From: a virus | Reading direction: 5' to 3' (one strand) | Virus record (IMG/VR): IMGVR_UViG_3300025411_000008 | Coordinates: 67,917 to 131,916 of that record | Length of the DNA: 64,000 bases | In this document: positions 9,138 to 19,711 of the stretch, one piece after another | Layout of the letters: the number at the start of each line of letters is the position of its first letter | Numbering within the stretch: the stretch's first letter is position 1 | The notes under the pieces: model-generated | The model's database searches: none | Seen by the model: only the letters and a program-made list of their open reading frames with translations | What the model was told of the DNA's origin: nothing | Program-made: the position numbers and the translations under genes

Positions 9138-12100
9138 TTAAGCTTGAGGTTCGTTCCAAGAGATACGACCCAAAAGCTGCACACCAACACCATTAAGGTT
9201 CTGGGCAACTAGAGTCAATGTATCTGGACCATCTGGGTAGATGTTCTTATCAGGTGTAGCGAGTGCTGCAACAGTAGAAGTACCACCGTTGAGGACACTG
9301 TTACCAAGGTCGCGGACACCGGCAACGTTAACTTCCTGTGTGGTGTCTACAAAGAAACCACCGGTAACTTCACCAGCAGCCAAACCACTAGCAACCGTAA
9401 CACCATTGGGTACAGAAGAGTAGTCAGCAATCTGGCTAAGCGATGAGTTCGGGCTGTTTGTACCAGCGACGACGTTTGTCCACTGTGGCAATGTTCCACC
9501 ATTGATAAGCTGTGGCACGCCATTCAAGTAAGCCTTGATAAGCACGTTACCGGCACCAACCCCCTGTGTACCAGTAACCGTAACTGACACGTCAAGCGTC
9601 TGCAGCTGCAACTGAACTCGGTTAGCCAGTTCGTGTGATCCAAGGATAGAACTTGTTTGGCTGTTGTCAACGCTAGGGGCAATACGAATCGACATCAGAG
9701 CCTTGGTCTGACCAGAAGCCAACGTAATTGGAGTAGTCTGACCATAGGTGAACAAAAGGTTGGCGTCAGGCGAGAAACCACCATCCATTGTTACTGCAGT
9801 ACCCCAGTGGCTAAAGTATGGGCTGTGCGTAGGCATTGCCAACTCAACCGTAGTGGGTGCGGTAGCAGAGTATGAGAATGCAGTTCCTGCAAGTCCCATA
9901 GCCTGCACTGGAACCGTTGCGCTGGCGTTAGTCGATACAGAAGCATTGCTAAACGTAATGAAGTTACCGCTGATGGAAGCAACGTATGTGTTGTCGGGGA
10001 ACAACGTCGGTGCAGTAACCTTAGAACCAATTGCAACACCGGTAATAGTTCCGCTACCAATTGGGCTACCAGACGTTAAAGAAAGCGTCAGGGAAGCAGG
10101 GGTAGCAATACCACGTGTCAAACCACCGAAGCTGCTAGCAGTTACAGTTGTGTAATTAACGTATTCAACACCAGTCGTGGCGTTCTTGATCGCAAGAGTG
10201 CCTGATGCAGGGAATGCGCTATTGCCAGCTGGATTCAGCGTATTGTTAACATAGATTGTGGTGTCTGTTGCACCGATGCCAGATGTGGTAGTGGTAATTG
10301 GTGGGATCGTAGATGTTTCGTAACGACCCGGCAAGTTACCAGAGCGCATGTAGGCAGTGGTGTTGATGTTGTTGTTAGCCAGCTTGTGGCAGAACATGAT
10401 GTTACCATCAGTAGTTCTCAGGCCCCAACGCACGAAACCAGCTCCGTACCACGAGTAGTCAAGGTACCACATCTGCATCTTGGTAAGGTCAAGCTTGTAA
10501 CCGCTAGGTCCAGTTCCATCAAGTTTGTCGATGTTCCATTGCGACTGTGGCACACGGTTGTCGACAGTGGCTGTAACAGTCACGTAGTTGGCAGTAATAC
10601 CACGGTAAGCAGGGCTAATGGTGATCTGCGTATCGCTAGCGATATCAGTAACACGGTAAGAGCTACCACGGATAACAATGTACTGACCAGGGGTCAGCTG
10701 CTTGCTAAAGATGGTTGGGAAATTGCCATCGGTTGCAGTAACCGTTGTGCTACCGTTTGTTACAGTTGCACGACCAGCAACCTGCTTAATTGAGCTACGA
10801 AGAACAGCGTAAAGCTGCTGACCATCGTACTCGAAGAACATGCCATTTTCTTGGTTGAAAAGACCCATTCTCTGTACAGCACCGTACCAACCATTAACTG
10901 TGCAAATAAAGTTTGCAGGATAATCAGATGGTGAAGTATTGCCAAGAGTACCAGTAGCAGTAATAGTGAACTGAGTGGCATTAAGAATGTTGGCAATAGG
11001 GTATGTGCCGTTGTAACCACTAGTAATTACACCAGCGATATTTACACTTGTACCAGGGGTAAGGTTGTGCTGTTCACGAGTTGTTACGGTGATCGTCGAA
11101 CCAGGAGTTGTGCCAGTGGCAGAAATACCATCAACAGTGAATGCAGTGTTAAGGATCGTACCGGTGGCCATTTCAAGACCCTTACCAGACTGGTAGTGGA
11201 AGTTACGACGGGTTTGACGAATAGCAGATTGGTGGTTGCTCAAGCTTTGTGGTCCGAACAGCACACCACCGTCAAATGGACGCTGAGCGAACAAAGATTG
11301 GTTGCGAGGAGTGATTGAACCACCGGTAGGAGTACCACCAGGTGCGCTCAATGCATAGTAGGTAAGACCGCTAGCACTGGTAATACCAGTTACATAGAAG
11401 TTACCATTCGCAGCAGATTGGCTAGTACCGCTAACGCTAATTTCATTACCAATGCTCAGGCCATGAGGAACGGTTGTCGTTACAGTAATCAAGTTACTTG
11501 AGTTGGTAAACGTTGGTGTACCGCCGATAGCAGCACCGGTGTAGTACTGCTGCTGCCAGACCTGAGTCTTAAATGGGTCAAAGAAACCCGAAGTACCACT
11601 AGGAGTACCAAATGTGTTTACTGTCTTGGCAGAGTAAGTGAACGAGTTTGTGCCGCTTGTTTCTACGATGAAGTTACCGTTGGCTGGAGCGAAGAAAGCA
11701 TCTTGCACAGAGAATGGTGTGCCTGTGGCAAGGCCGCCACCACTTGTAAGAACAGTCACTGTCTTGCTGTTGGCACTCATAGTCATACCAGTTACGGTAA
11801 GACCATTAGTAGCCAGCGAAATTGGTGGGTACATGTTATAACCAGCAGGGTGCCAGTTAGTTGTGCCGAGAGCTTCCCACTTAGAAGTCTGGTTACCATA
11901 CTCAAAGTCGGTGTCAATCATCGACTGAGGTGTAGAGACGCGTTGCTTACCCACTGGGTCGTAAAGCTCTTCCACAGGAACTGTGCGTTGAGCATATTCA
12001 TCAACTGTGATAGTGATCTTGTCGGTGGCAAGCATGCCAGATGTACCGCCGTTGAACACAACAGTAGTTACACCCTTGCTAGAAGAAGTAGGAAGATTAG

Positions 12101-12302
12101 TAGTGCTAGAAACCTGGTTAGAAACTGTAGCAGTAAAACCAGCTAGAGTAAATACAGGGTCACCAATTTTAAACAATGTTACGCCACGTGTAGTGTTTAC
12201 TACGGATACAAGACGTTCCTGTGGAATATACTGGTTGATTACGAGAGTTGAAGTACTCGGTGTAAATACGTAATTATCGTAGTACGATGTTGTTTGTGCC
12301 AT
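9138..12302 (-). CDS. large virion structural protein (fibre/baseplate-like, repeated beta domains)
   Basis: 1054 aa, Thr/Ser/Gly-rich, with repeated TVTT..HGL..G..V.ISG...NG.F units. Confidence 0.65.
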   Translation of the reverse strand: MAQTTSYYDNYVFTPSTSTLVINQYIPQERLVSVVNTTRGVTLFKIGDPVFTLAGFTATVSNQVSSTTNLPTSSSKGVTTVVFNGGTSGMLATDKITITVDEYAQRTVPVEELYDPVGKQRVSTPQSMIDTDFEYGNQTSKWEALGTTNWHPAGYNMYPPISLATNGLTVTGMTMSANSKTVTVLTSGGGLATGTPFSVQDAFFAPANGNFIVETSGTNSFTYSAKTVNTFGTPSGTSGFFDPFKTQVWQQQYYTGAAIGGTPTFTNSSNLITVTTTVPHGLSIGNEISVSGTSQSAANGNFYVTGITSASGLTYYALSAPGGTPTGGSITPRNQSLFAQRPFDGGVLFGPQSLSNHQSAIRQTRRNFHYQSGKGLEMATGTILNTAFTVDGISATGTTPGSTITVTTREQHNLTPGTSVNIAGVITSGYNGTYPIANILNATQFTITATGTLGNTSPSDYPANFICTVNGWYGAVQRMGLFNQENGMFFEYDGQQLYAVLRSSIKQVAGRATVTNGSTTVTATDGNFPTIFSKQLTPGQYIVIRGSSYRVTDIASDTQITISPAYRGITANYVTVTATVDNRVPQSQWNIDKLDGTGPSGYKLDLTKMQMWYLDYSWYGAGFVRWGLRTTDGNIMFCHKLANNNINTTAYMRSGNLPGRYETSTIPPITTTTSGIGATDTTIYVNNTLNPAGNSAFPASGTLAIKNATTGVEYVNYTTVTASSFGGLTRGIATPASLTLSLTSGSPIGSGTITGVAIGSKVTAPTLFPDNTYVASISGNFITFSNASVSTNASATVPVQAMGLAGTAFSYSATAPTTVELAMPTHSPYFSHWGTAVTMDGGFSPDANLLFTYGQTTPITLASGQTKALMSIRIAPSVDNSQTSSILGSHELANRVQLQLQTLDVSVTVTGTQGVGAGNVLIKAYLNGVPQLINGGTLPQWTNVVAGTNSPNSSLSQIADYSSVPNGVTVASGLAAGEVTGGFFVDTTQEVNVAGVRDLGNSVLNGGTSTVAALATPDKNIYPDGPDTLTLVAQNLNGVGVQLLGRISWNEPQA

Positions 12303-12310
12303 TGTTTTCC

Positions 12311-13066
12311 TTAGCCGAAGTAGTTATGGTTGTTGTCAACACTTGACAATGGTGTTGGGTTCTCGTTGTAGTTAGTAACAACACCACCAGAGATAGTTAG
12401 TTGATCAGAGTCAGCAATATTAGGTTGACCAATACTACCATCAACCCATGTTGCTTCTTGGCCAATACTAACGGCGCTAAGGTCAACAAACAATCCAGGC
12501 AATGCCCAGTCAATAATACCTGTGCCACCTGATGCTGTCAATCTATAAGCAGTATAAAATAAACCATCTGCGATCGGAATAGAAATCAGTGTTGGTGTAG
12601 AAGCAGCGGTAATGGTTGTTGTGGCTAAAGTTGCCCAGTTTGTTGAGCTGTATGAGCTAGCCGACGATGTGTAGTAAGCATTGGGCGTATAACGGTCATA
12701 TGTGCCTTGCAATCTGATTGTTGCTGTACCAGTCCAACCAGCTTCTGCGCTAAGCACAGCAGTAATTGATTGCAAGTCTTGAAGTGTTACAGAAGCATCA
12801 GGTGCGCAAATGATACTAATATCAACTGCACCATTGCCATTAACATTAAGATTAAGACCAGGGTTAACTGAGCCAGGTTGCGCGTATGCGACATTACCAC
12901 TCGTTGTCATGTAGCCAACTGCTCCATTGCTGAATTGAGCAGCGTAGGCCACTGCAGGAGGGTACACCGCACCAGGTGTCCCATCATTACCATAATTGGT
13001 AACAAATTGACCCAATGGCCATGTCTTCTTTTGTTGCTTTGGGCCTTTACCTTCTGCGATGTTCAC
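12311..13066 (-). CDS. putative structural protein
   Basis: 251 aa, beta-rich, GTG start with AAGGAG RBS. Confidence 0.55.
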   Translation of the reverse strand: MNIAEGKGPKQQKKTWPLGQFVTNYGNDGTPGAVYPPAVAYAAQFSNGAVGYMTTSGNVAYAQPGSVNPGLNLNVNGNGAVDISIICAPDASVTLQDLQSITAVLSAEAGWTGTATIRLQGTYDRYTPNAYYTSSASSYSSTNWATLATTTITAASTPTLISIPIADGLFYTAYRLTASGGTGIIDWALPGLFVDLSAVSIGQEATWVDGSIGQPNIADSDQLTISGGVVTNYNENPTPLSSVDNNHNYFG

Positions 13067-13075
13067 AATGTCTCC

Positions 13076-13756
13076 TTAAAGACTCATATAATCTATGCCT
13101 AGATCCGGCGTATCTGATTGCTGGAGAAACTTCATAGCATTCATGCTAATGTCATCATCTGCAACGCTCATAGCCGGTGCATCAGCCATTGGTACTGACT
13201 GAACTGTCTGTGGCCTTGGAGCAGGAGCAGCTTGCACAGGAGTTTGTGCTGGTCTTGCCGTAATCGCCTTGTCTAACTTACCTTCAAGGTTCTTAAAGGA
13301 GTTAGCAACTGGGTTCAATGAGTTCTTTATTGCTGATTCAATTTTGCTTATTGCTTGTTCGATCTGTGGACCAATTGGCTCTTCAGCCTTAGTTGACTCC
13401 GGCTTGATAAAGTACTTGTGTAGGACATCATTGCAAAGGTCCCAAGTTAACTTATCAACTCTTTTGCCAACAAGACGCATGATCCTTTTTGCCTTGTCAT
13501 CCCATTGGTATTCATATTGATTGCCATCGTAGTCAATCAACTTTCCCCAACGGAACTCATCCTCAACCTGATCAAGGGTTAAGAACTCTATGTTAGCAAT
13601 CTGATAAAGCTCGGGCTCTTCGTCTTCCCAGACTTCTTCCCAAGGGTCTTCATCTTCCCAATCCTGATCCCATGTGGGCTCAAACATTGGCTCTACAACC
13701 TCAAGGACCTCTTCTACAGGAGTAGAAACGATCTTAGTTTTTCTAGATCTGAACAT
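13076..13756 (-). CDS. hypothetical protein
   Basis: 226-aa ORF in a tightly packed operon. Confidence 0.65.
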   Translation of the reverse strand: MFRSRKTKIVSTPVEEVLEVVEPMFEPTWDQDWEDEDPWEEVWEDEEPELYQIANIEFLTLDQVEDEFRWGKLIDYDGNQYEYQWDDKAKRIMRLVGKRVDKLTWDLCNDVLHKYFIKPESTKAEEPIGPQIEQAISKIESAIKNSLNPVANSFKNLEGKLDKAITARPAQTPVQAAPAPRPQTVQSVPMADAPAMSVADDDISMNAMKFLQQSDTPDLGIDYMSL

Positions 13757-13759
13757 GAG

Positions 13760-14323
13760 TTATTGGGCAATCACCAATTCGTAGTCGCCCTTGCGCTCTA
13801 CAGAGGCAGTGCGGTCGTCCCAAACAACAGCGAACTCAGCATCACCAACGGCAATAACCGTACCGGCGATCTTCGTAGTGGGTGTCTCAGCAACGACTCG
13901 AGCATTGACCAAAGAACCAGTCTTAGCGTTAGCTACAAGACCAAGTGTGAAGTCAGGGTGAGCTTGGTTGGTACGGAAGCCACTGGCTTGGCTAGCAAGC
14001 TTGCTGGCAGCCTTAGCAGGGGCAAGTTGCAAGTCTTGTGTGCCAGCAACCTCGGGCTCCATAACCATGAGAGCACGGTCCTGAGCAGGGTTAGACAGGT
14101 CATTGCCCTGCATACCTTCATCAACATAACGCTGGATCTGGTCGCCCAGGCCCTGACGCTGCTGCATGTAGGCGTCCATGTTCTTCTCGAAGTGGTTGCT
14201 GTCCTGGTCGATGAAGTCACCAATCCATTGCTGGCTAGGGTCCATAAAGTTAACATCGGGGTTGGCATCGGCTGCTGTCTTGTCGAACAGTTCAGCTACT
14301 TTAATATTCAAACGGGGTTCCAT
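13760..14323 (-). CDS. hypothetical head-associated protein
   Basis: 187 aa, high codon bias, KVA and KTA motifs near the N-terminus. Confidence 0.65.
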   Translation of the reverse strand: MEPRLNIKVAELFDKTAADANPDVNFMDPSQQWIGDFIDQDSNHFEKNMDAYMQQRQGLGDQIQRYVDEGMQGNDLSNPAQDRALMVMEPEVAGTQDLQLAPAKAASKLASQASGFRTNQAHPDFTLGLVANAKTGSLVNARVVAETPTTKIAGTVIAVGDAEFAVVWDDRTASVERKGDYELVIAQ

Positions 14324-14382
14324 TGGTTTCTCCTGTGCGTGGATACATACACTACGGTATGTATTGTTGATAATTACATTGT

Positions 14383-14853
14383 CTACTTGCTAGGCGGATT
14401 CGGCGCACCTGTGTTATCAGCGTCATATTCCTCTGATTTATTAACACGGCTTGCTTCTTCTACAGCAGGCGATTTCTTCATTTTTGTTAAGCCATTTGGC
14501 TCTGGGTGAGCAAAATAACGCATTTTCGATGCAAAAGCCCAAACATCATCATCTTCTTGAACGCTGGCAGTCATCACAGGCTGTTCAGTGTGTGCAGATA
14601 AATTATCTGAGTATGGACTACGAAGATCTTTGGTAAGCAAATTCTGCAATGAGAAGTCATAGTTATCTTGCTTAGCACCACCTGAGTTCATCAGGCAATA
14701 TCCGTGTGAGTACAGTGGGCGCCTACCATCGACTGCAGTACCGTCCACAAGTACCTTACCCAAACCATCAGTGAATGATGGCATATCACAGAAACGGCAA
14801 GGTACTCCTGCAGGAGCGTCTTTTGGCTCTACGTAGCTTCTTTTACGGTTCAT
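14383..14853 (-). CDS. hypothetical protein
   Basis: ORF with CRFC..HGYC; start placed at MNRKRS. Confidence 0.6.
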   Translation of the reverse strand: MNRKRSYVEPKDAPAGVPCRFCDMPSFTDGLGKVLVDGTAVDGRRPLYSHGYCLMNSGGAKQDNYDFSLQNLLTKDLRSPYSDNLSAHTEQPVMTASVQEDDDVWAFASKMRYFAHPEPNGLTKMKKSPAVEEASRVNKSEEYDADNTGAPNPPSK

Positions 14854-14854
14854 G

Positions 14855-17260
14855 TTATCCCTCGTCTTCATCTTCTACATCAAACCCAGCAGCTCTCATA
14901 CCACCATTGATGTGACCTTCGTTGTGGATGCCATCCGCAACATTCTCTTGCTCTTCGTGGCTCATGTTACGGCCATTCTTCTTAAAGAATTGCTTGTTGA
15001 CCGTGTCAACCATGCCATCAACGTCTCTATCTGAAATCTCTGGTGCTGCGCCACGGTTGAGTCGACCAGGCATTTGTGCAGACATTGGTGCGTCAAAGCT
15101 AGGACTTTCAACAGACTTCTTGTAAGGAGCATCAGCAATGATAAATCTCTGCTTGTCCTTCTCGCTTACATTGCCTGATGGGATACTGCGTATTTCTGGT
15201 GGAATCAGGTTGTAAGGGTGGTGCTCTGGTACTCCATACGTGTCTTCAAACTCGTGACCAAGACTTCTAAGTCGTCGTCTAGCTTCATTGTTAGGCGTAG
15301 TGAGCATGTGGTGCTTGATACCCTCAGTGCTCAATCCTGTTGGCTTAACGTGCTTAACGATAACCTGGACCTTTGATTCTGGGTTGCTAACGTAATTGCG
15401 AGTACCATCTGGGTTTTTGCTGTCGCTTGTTAATAGATCTTTCTTTTGCATAGTTGTCTGGACATCGCCCACAACTTGAACGTGTTGTGAGTTAAGACGG
15501 TCCATTCTTGCAACCTGGCTAATGTGACAAGCGAAAGGAACTGCAGTTGTTCTTCTTGCGGTAGATCTTTCACCAACGATTGGTTGAATGCTATCAAGCG
15601 CATCAGAGATGTGGTTCTGCAAAGGTCCTCGGACAGCTTTGTCACGCTGACTACTGAATGTACTGTTTACAGTTGCGCCCTTTGAGAACATGGTCTTACG
15701 ACGACCGCCGTATTGCCCCTTAAGCTGTTCTCTGAGGGCATCACGCTCATCTTTAGCAGTGGTTCCCCAGTGAACACCTTCGACGTATTGCCCATCGTGG
15801 CTAACGTTTGTGACAACACCAAATACGTGCTTGCCTTGGAAACCACCACTGCTAGCAGACTCATCACGCTTGAGTCTTTGTCTGTTCGGGCTCTTTGTAA
15901 AGTTCTTTTGTTCACGGATATTATTAGCAGCTTCTACCTGGTTTGTCCAGTCTTCGTAGTCCTGCTTAAATTGCTCATCGTGAGCACCATTCTTGTACTT
16001 AGAATCACCAGGAGTAGGCATGCCTGGCACGTGCACGGTTGCACCCCATTGAGGTGCCTTATACATCGTGTTAGGGACAGCCTTCTCACCAGGTGCTGTC
16101 TCGTATGCAGAATCTTGAGGCTGCTCAGCATGTAATGCGGCATTTGGCTCATTCGTATCCCAACCAAGGTGCCAGATAGGAGTACCACGTCTGATCTCTT
16201 GTCTAGGGTGACCACCCATAATCTCCAAGGCAGGAGCGATGTTATCCTTTTCACCAACCACTGCTCTATAGGCAGCAAAAGCCATGGTATTTGGGCTTGA
16301 CTTGCTACCCGCGAACGCTACGTGGCGTGGGATCTTAGGGTCTGTGCACTTTTCGCAACCATTAGTACAGTCGCAGTTATCACGAACAGAATCAACATAC
16401 TTGCCACGTTCAATGTCAGCAGCACCCATTGGGCCGCCTTCACCGGTCTCAAAGTCACCTTGTCCTAAGTGGTGATCACAACCTGATTGACAATGCCAAT
16501 CCTTGCCTTCATCGAATGTTTGTTCGTGTCTACAATTAAAGTCGGTGCATTCACTCTCAGGGTGGCAAGCCTTCTCTACGATGTTGCCATTCTTGTCTTT
16601 TTTATCTTTTTTGTGATTAAGAACTGCCTTATTAACAGGACAATTAGTATCGCACATTCCAGCCAAGCAGTGAGTGTTGTGCCAGTTAACAGCATCATTG
16701 TGGCGCCTAGTCTCTTCGTTGACATTTGTCATTCTATCGAAGGTGCCAGCATGTTCTCTTGGCTCATGATAACCTAAGTTGCCACAAGTAATGCATTCAA
16801 TCTGATCGTGAGATCTATCTGCTGGAGCCTCTGGGAAGCCGCCGTGCATCTTGCCCTTACAAGTAGGGCATGGGAATGCTGAGATTGCTGTAAGCACAGG
16901 AATCTTCATAGCTGCTTTGATGTAATTACGGTTGCTCAAATGGTCGCTTGGTACAACTGCAGTCTCCTGCAACTTTCTTGACTCTGGTGAGTTCTCAACG
17001 AACTTAACCTTCTGGCCCTTTGGGACTCTGATGCTCTTTTTGTCCTCAACGGTTCCTGGAGTGTGATACGTAAGGTCGCCAAACTCTTCTTGCTTCTTAG
17101 TCTTCTTCTTTTCCTTTTCCTTGCGCTGTCTAGCAACAGGCTCAGGCTCATAGGAAGAGAAGCCAGAATCACCGAGCTGTTCAGGGGTCAATGCACTGTA
17201 TTCACCATACTCATCCTCGGGGAAAGAAGCAGTCTTTGAGTTGAAGATTGGTCTATTCAT
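14855..17260 (-). CDS. large Cys/His-rich hypothetical protein
   Basis: 801 aa with many CxxC motifs; N-terminus FNSKTA. Confidence 0.7.
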   Translation of the reverse strand: MNRPIFNSKTASFPEDEYGEYSALTPEQLGDSGFSSYEPEPVARQRKEKEKKKTKKQEEFGDLTYHTPGTVEDKKSIRVPKGQKVKFVENSPESRKLQETAVVPSDHLSNRNYIKAAMKIPVLTAISAFPCPTCKGKMHGGFPEAPADRSHDQIECITCGNLGYHEPREHAGTFDRMTNVNEETRRHNDAVNWHNTHCLAGMCDTNCPVNKAVLNHKKDKKDKNGNIVEKACHPESECTDFNCRHEQTFDEGKDWHCQSGCDHHLGQGDFETGEGGPMGAADIERGKYVDSVRDNCDCTNGCEKCTDPKIPRHVAFAGSKSSPNTMAFAAYRAVVGEKDNIAPALEIMGGHPRQEIRRGTPIWHLGWDTNEPNAALHAEQPQDSAYETAPGEKAVPNTMYKAPQWGATVHVPGMPTPGDSKYKNGAHDEQFKQDYEDWTNQVEAANNIREQKNFTKSPNRQRLKRDESASSGGFQGKHVFGVVTNVSHDGQYVEGVHWGTTAKDERDALREQLKGQYGGRRKTMFSKGATVNSTFSSQRDKAVRGPLQNHISDALDSIQPIVGERSTARRTTAVPFACHISQVARMDRLNSQHVQVVGDVQTTMQKKDLLTSDSKNPDGTRNYVSNPESKVQVIVKHVKPTGLSTEGIKHHMLTTPNNEARRRLRSLGHEFEDTYGVPEHHPYNLIPPEIRSIPSGNVSEKDKQRFIIADAPYKKSVESPSFDAPMSAQMPGRLNRGAAPEISDRDVDGMVDTVNKQFFKKNGRNMSHEEQENVADGIHNEGHINGGMRAAGFDVEDEDEG

Positions 17261-19709
17261 TTGCTGGCTCTTCTACCTTCGCTGGGCTAATGGACCAGCT
17301 ATCCGTTTGGTGTGTTGGGAACTTAGAAACAGATTGCTTAAAAGTTTCTTTTGCTGCGGGGCCACTGAAACGTTCAATCTGTTCAGCTAACTTATTTGAT
17401 GCCTTTGTAGCTTCTTCCATGTTTCCATGAGAAATGTGCTTGTACAATTCATCCTTAGTTTGATTGTAACGTCCAGTTGATGCATCTGGCAATGAGTTAA
17501 CAGTCTTTTCTACAGAAGATACACCTTCACGCATGTGCTCCGGGAATGCTTCAGGGTCGTGCTGGAACGTGGGCTGAGCAGCTCTCATCTTACGCTCGAC
17601 TTTGTTGCTCATGTATGGAGGCAGCAAGTCAGGGAATGTACCGAACTCTTTAGACACTTCCTTAACAAGAGCAAGGTCTTTTGATGGTGCTGTGTAATGA
17701 GCATTCGGTGCTTTCCAGTGCTGCTCACTTTGACGAACAATCTGGTTCATACGCTCTTCAGGAATGTCAATACCATTCTTCATCATTCCGCTAACAAGGC
17801 GCTGATCAAGTGGTGCATCGCTCTTCATGTCTTCTACACTTGAACCAAGCTTGCCCTTGTATGTTTCCATAGTGGTCTGGCCAGTTGATGGGTCAATGTA
17901 ATTAGGGAAGTGATCAAAACTGTGAGGGTTATCTGCTGTTCCTAGGCCACCGTATTGATTAGCAAACACTGCTTGTACGTGTCTCTTAGGCAAGTAGAAC
18001 CCTGGTTTGCCACCCTTTGTCCTAGCACCATGGATGATGCGAGTGCCTGGGGGCAATGTGTTTGGGTCTGCGGCGCTTCTGATGTGACATGGGCATGGCA
18101 AGTTAGTAGGTTTGCCATCCTTATCGAACATCTCCTGGTCGTCATGCTCGCAGTTCTTGCAATCATCACGTCTCAAGTGTGAATAGTGGTCAACACCAGT
18201 ATTACCAACACCAGTACCAGAAAGTGGCATGTTGATCTCTGCGTTGCCATAGAAATCATCTGCGTATCCGTGCGTAGGAGGCTTCTTCTTCTTAATTACC
18301 TTTGGACCATCTACTGTCTTATCGATCAGAGTACCATCGCAGTGTGGGCAAACGTTATCAGGTGTCAAGGCAATGCTTGAGTCATCTGAGTGGCAGTTGT
18401 CGCAACTGATAGCGGAAGTATCATGTCCAGTAGCGTTGCAAGCAACACATGGGGTTGACTTTGCACCATCTTCGGTGAACTTATCACCCTTGCAAATCTT
18501 GCAAAGAGGTGCATCTTCTGGATTAACGTACTTTTGCTTACCGCCACCAAGGCCAATAGTGTGAGGTACCAAGATGGGGTTACCAGCACTGTCCGTGCTT
18601 TCCTTCATGTTAACATTGCCCTTGAAACAGCAACGGCAACCTACGATGTTATCATTCTGGTTGGAATTGATTTTACCATCACCACATGCGCACGAAGGGT
18701 GCTCCTCATGTGTAGTAGTTTCCCAGTCTCCAACAGTCTGCTGACCAGCTTTAAGCGTCTCATATCTGGTGTAACGCTTTACATGATCTCCGCCAGGCGT
18801 AAAGTGGATCATAGGCATATAGGTGCCTTCTGGGCCACCTTCATCGAATGCATGAGCTAGCTCTACACTCTTTTGACCCTTGCCGTTATCTACTTCACGA
18901 TATGCTTTAAGTAGCGGGTTCTGCAGGAGTCTTTCCTTGTAGCCGGGTGTTGTGCCATGAACCATCTGTGGCAGCTGCTCTGGTTCCTTGCCTTTAGGAC
19001 CGTGTGGGACTTCACAACCGTTCTCTGAGTCTCCGCCACAAACACAAAGGCTTCCACCTCTTTTGTATGGACCGGTGCCGAGAGCCATTGACATAAGGTG
19101 GTCGATTGCATCACCCTTGTGTGTAGCAATCGTATTTGCTACCGAATCAGGGTCTAGACTTTCAGTTTCTGCTCCAACACCACGTGCTCTTTGCTTCCTA
19201 CCTTGCGCATTGGCACGTAATAGCTTATCAGTAGCAGTGCTAATGTTTTCGCCTTTTGCTCTGCGTCTGAAACCAATCATGCCATGCGGAGCAAGCTCGA
19301 GAAGCTTGTCAGCGTTTTCGTGTTGTGAGTACTGTGATCTAGGAATTCTAATCATCTTGTATTCACCACTGCGCATCAAGTCTTGCTTGAGCTCACGGGC
19401 GTAGTCACCACCACGTTCATTTTCACCTGAATACTTAGGCAAGTCTTTGTGGATGAATTCGTAACGCTTAGGTTCTGCAGTTGGGTTGTTAATGGGGTGG
19501 TAGTCGTTGTCACCAAATTGGATAGCAAAAGGGGCGTCATTGAATTCTTCAGCCTGGGTACGTCGCTTTTCGACAGACTTGCGCTTCTTTCTTGCTTCAC
19601 TCTCAGCCTTTTGATATTCTCTCTGCTTCTTGTTTACAAAGATGCGATCATCGTTACTGGCGGAAGTCTTAACGTATTCTATGTTCTTATTAAAAACAAA
19701 CTTATTCAT
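17253..19709 (-). CDS. large protein with DnaJ-type CxxCxG zinc-finger repeats
   Basis: 818 aa with CKICKG, CVACNATG, CDNC and CPHCDG. Confidence 0.7.
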   Translation of the reverse strand: MNKFVFNKNIEYVKTSASNDDRIFVNKKQREYQKAESEARKKRKSVEKRRTQAEEFNDAPFAIQFGDNDYHPINNPTAEPKRYEFIHKDLPKYSGENERGGDYARELKQDLMRSGEYKMIRIPRSQYSQHENADKLLELAPHGMIGFRRRAKGENISTATDKLLRANAQGRKQRARGVGAETESLDPDSVANTIATHKGDAIDHLMSMALGTGPYKRGGSLCVCGGDSENGCEVPHGPKGKEPEQLPQMVHGTTPGYKERLLQNPLLKAYREVDNGKGQKSVELAHAFDEGGPEGTYMPMIHFTPGGDHVKRYTRYETLKAGQQTVGDWETTTHEEHPSCACGDGKINSNQNDNIVGCRCCFKGNVNMKESTDSAGNPILVPHTIGLGGGKQKYVNPEDAPLCKICKGDKFTEDGAKSTPCVACNATGHDTSAISCDNCHSDDSSIALTPDNVCPHCDGTLIDKTVDGPKVIKKKKPPTHGYADDFYGNAEINMPLSGTGVGNTGVDHYSHLRRDDCKNCEHDDQEMFDKDGKPTNLPCPCHIRSAADPNTLPPGTRIIHGARTKGGKPGFYLPKRHVQAVFANQYGGLGTADNPHSFDHFPNYIDPSTGQTTMETYKGKLGSSVEDMKSDAPLDQRLVSGMMKNGIDIPEERMNQIVRQSEQHWKAPNAHYTAPSKDLALVKEVSKEFGTFPDLLPPYMSNKVERKMRAAQPTFQHDPEAFPEHMREGVSSVEKTVNSLPDASTGRYNQTKDELYKHISHGNMEEATKASNKLAEQIERFSGPAAKETFKQSVSKFPTHQTDSWSISPAKVEEPANE

Positions 19710-19711
19710 TA

